Part shown: piece by piece, positions 33,260 through 34,207 of the stretch
How positions within the stretch are numbered: position 1 is the first letter of the stretch
Layout: each line of letters starts with the position of its first letter
NCBI GenBank assembly: GCA_021399395.1
Contig: JAAFKJ010000070.1
Span: forward strand, 1-34,207
Length of the DNA stretch: 34,207 bases
Source: Candidatus Heimdallarchaeota archaeon
GTDB lineage: Archaea; Asgardarchaeota; Heimdallarchaeia; Heimdallarchaeales; Heimdallarchaeaceae
Reading direction: 5' to 3'
The notes under the pieces: model-generated
Database searches by the model: none
What the model was told of the DNA's origin: nothing
Seen by the model: only the letters and a program-made list of their open reading frames with translations
Position numbers and translations under genes: made by a program

Positions 33260-33775
33260 ATGCCTTTTTTTGTGATAACAGGGAGAAAGGGAGAAGGAAA
33301 ATCTTTTCTTGCTGAAAAACTTTCTAAGCAGCTAATTATTGAGGGTTATGAAGTAAGAGGGATAATTACAAGAGGACAAGAAGAAAAAATATTTGTCAAT
33401 ATAGATACCAATGAAGAAGAAATATTGTGGAAAGAAGGAGATATTCTAGAAGAAGAAATAGGAGATTTCAAATTTTCAAAAAGAGCTTTAGCGTTTGCTA
33501 GGAAGACAATTTCAGAGATAGAATCAGCTGATATAGTAATAATAGACGAAATAGCTTGGCTAGAATCAGAAAAAAGAGGATTATATGAGGGTATAAATCA
33601 ATTCCTAAAGAAAGAAAAAAAACTAAAAGAAATGAATGTTATTTTTGTTGTAAGACATCAAATAGTGGAAAAAATGAATGAACTTTTTGAAATAGAAATC
33701 AGTAAAATCTGGTATCTAAAAAGAACAGAATTTGATAAAATATTAAACGAAATTATAGAAGAAAGTCATCGGTGA
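33260..33775 (+). CDS. P-loop nucleoside triphosphatase (THEP1/DUF2478-like)
   Basis: Walker A ITGRKGEGKS, VRGIIT, IGDFKF, Walker B IVIIDEI, VVR. Confidence 0.82.
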   Translation: MPFFVITGRKGEGKSFLAEKLSKQLIIEGYEVRGIITRGQEEKIFVNIDTNEEEILWKEGDILEEEIGDFKFSKRALAFARKTISEIESADIVIIDEIAWLESEKRGLYEGINQFLKKEKKLKEMNVIFVVRHQIVEKMNELFEIEISKIWYLKRTEFDKILNEIIEESHR

Positions 33776-33784
33776 GGGAGGGAG

Positions 33785-33835
33785 GGTTGTGAGAAATAAA
33801 ACAAATTACTCACAACCAATACTTCTTTCTCACAA
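33785..33835. repeat. Three copies of CTCACAA (one inverted, two direct) forming alternative hairpins
   Basis: GGTTGTGAG 33785-33793 pairs perfectly with CTCACAACC 33809-33817. TTGTGAGAAA 33787-33796 pairs perfectly with TTTCTCACAA 33826-33835. Confidence 0.75.
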
Positions 33836-33963
33836 ACCTATATAAGACCTACTATTAGGAATATAGACAAATATTCTTTTGAAAGTCTAATACTTTTTTT
33901 GAACAATTATGATTTTTTTGCAATTAGGCAAAATTGAAATACAACTGCTTTTTTTAGGTCACT

Positions 33964-34207
33964 ATAAAGAACAAAAAATCAATATTAATGTCGATTTTAC
34001 TTCTTGTTACTTTTGCTTTCAATTTAATGAATATACAAATGATAAATGCCATAACAACAAACATAGAACAAGGAGGAAATTCAGAAATTACTGTAATTGA
34101 ACCTGGAAACCCAGCTCTGGATTTTACGATAATGGATGTCGATTCCAGAATAAATTATACTTTAAGTAATTTTCTAGGGCAAGCTGTATTACTTGACCTT
34201 TGGGCTA
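33964..34207 (+). CDS. Exported TlpA/redoxin-family protein, cut off by the window end
   Basis: Frame not in the track: IKNKKSILMSILLLVTFAF...PGNPALDFTIMDVDSRINYTLSNFLGQAVLLDLWA, the classic redoxin N-terminus ending just before the expected WCxxC. Start is ATA 33964 or ATG 33988. Confidence 0.82.
   Translation, partial: MKNKKSILMSILLLVTFAFNLMNIQMINAITTNIEQGGNSEITVIEPGNPALDFTIMDVDSRINYTLSNFLGQAVLLDLWA

Noticed and set aside
33773-33835. Selenocysteine readthrough of the NTPase TGA with the hairpin acting as a SECIS
   Set aside because: The stems are fully Watson-Crick with no UGA/GA kink-turn core, readthrough adds only a few residues, and this family is not known as a selenoprotein.
33909-34100. 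63-aa ORF from the track
   Set aside because: It overlaps, in another frame, the redoxin ORF that has a signal peptide and family motifs.

Overview
AT-rich, gene-dense archaeal DNA. It most likely comes from an Asgard archaeon, probably Heimdallarchaeia-like. That assignment is inferred from a Rab-like GTPase, a TPR-longin protein, RING-finger proteins, many zinc-ribbon membrane proteins and TATA-box promoters. From left to right the window holds: a truncated MoaD/SAMP ubiquitin-like gene missed by the ORF track; a solo tnpB with a rearranged (Fanzor-type) RuvC site, bounded by imperfect terminal inverted repeats; a split ComD/ComE-like TPP decarboxylase; the Rab-like GTPase; tsaA, an NDP-sugar synthase and a redoxin; membrane proteins; the TPR-longin protein; thrC; two tandem F420-type LLM oxidoreductases; a cluster with a 2-TM zinc-ribbon protein and two paralogous membrane-anchored RING proteins (candidate membrane E3 ligase module); a cupin, two methyltransferases, a glycosyltransferase, CMD, CpXC and VKOR genes; a beta-helix surface protein; and a glycogen locus without glgC (degenerate phosphohexomutase, unannotated 49-aa zinc ribbon, GH57 branching enzyme, glgA, second GH57, GalT-like transferase). 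It ends with a stand-alone DAK2 domain, an NTPase, a structured intergenic element and a truncated redoxin. I found no rRNA, tRNA or CRISPR array. All assignments come from motif reading, with no database search.
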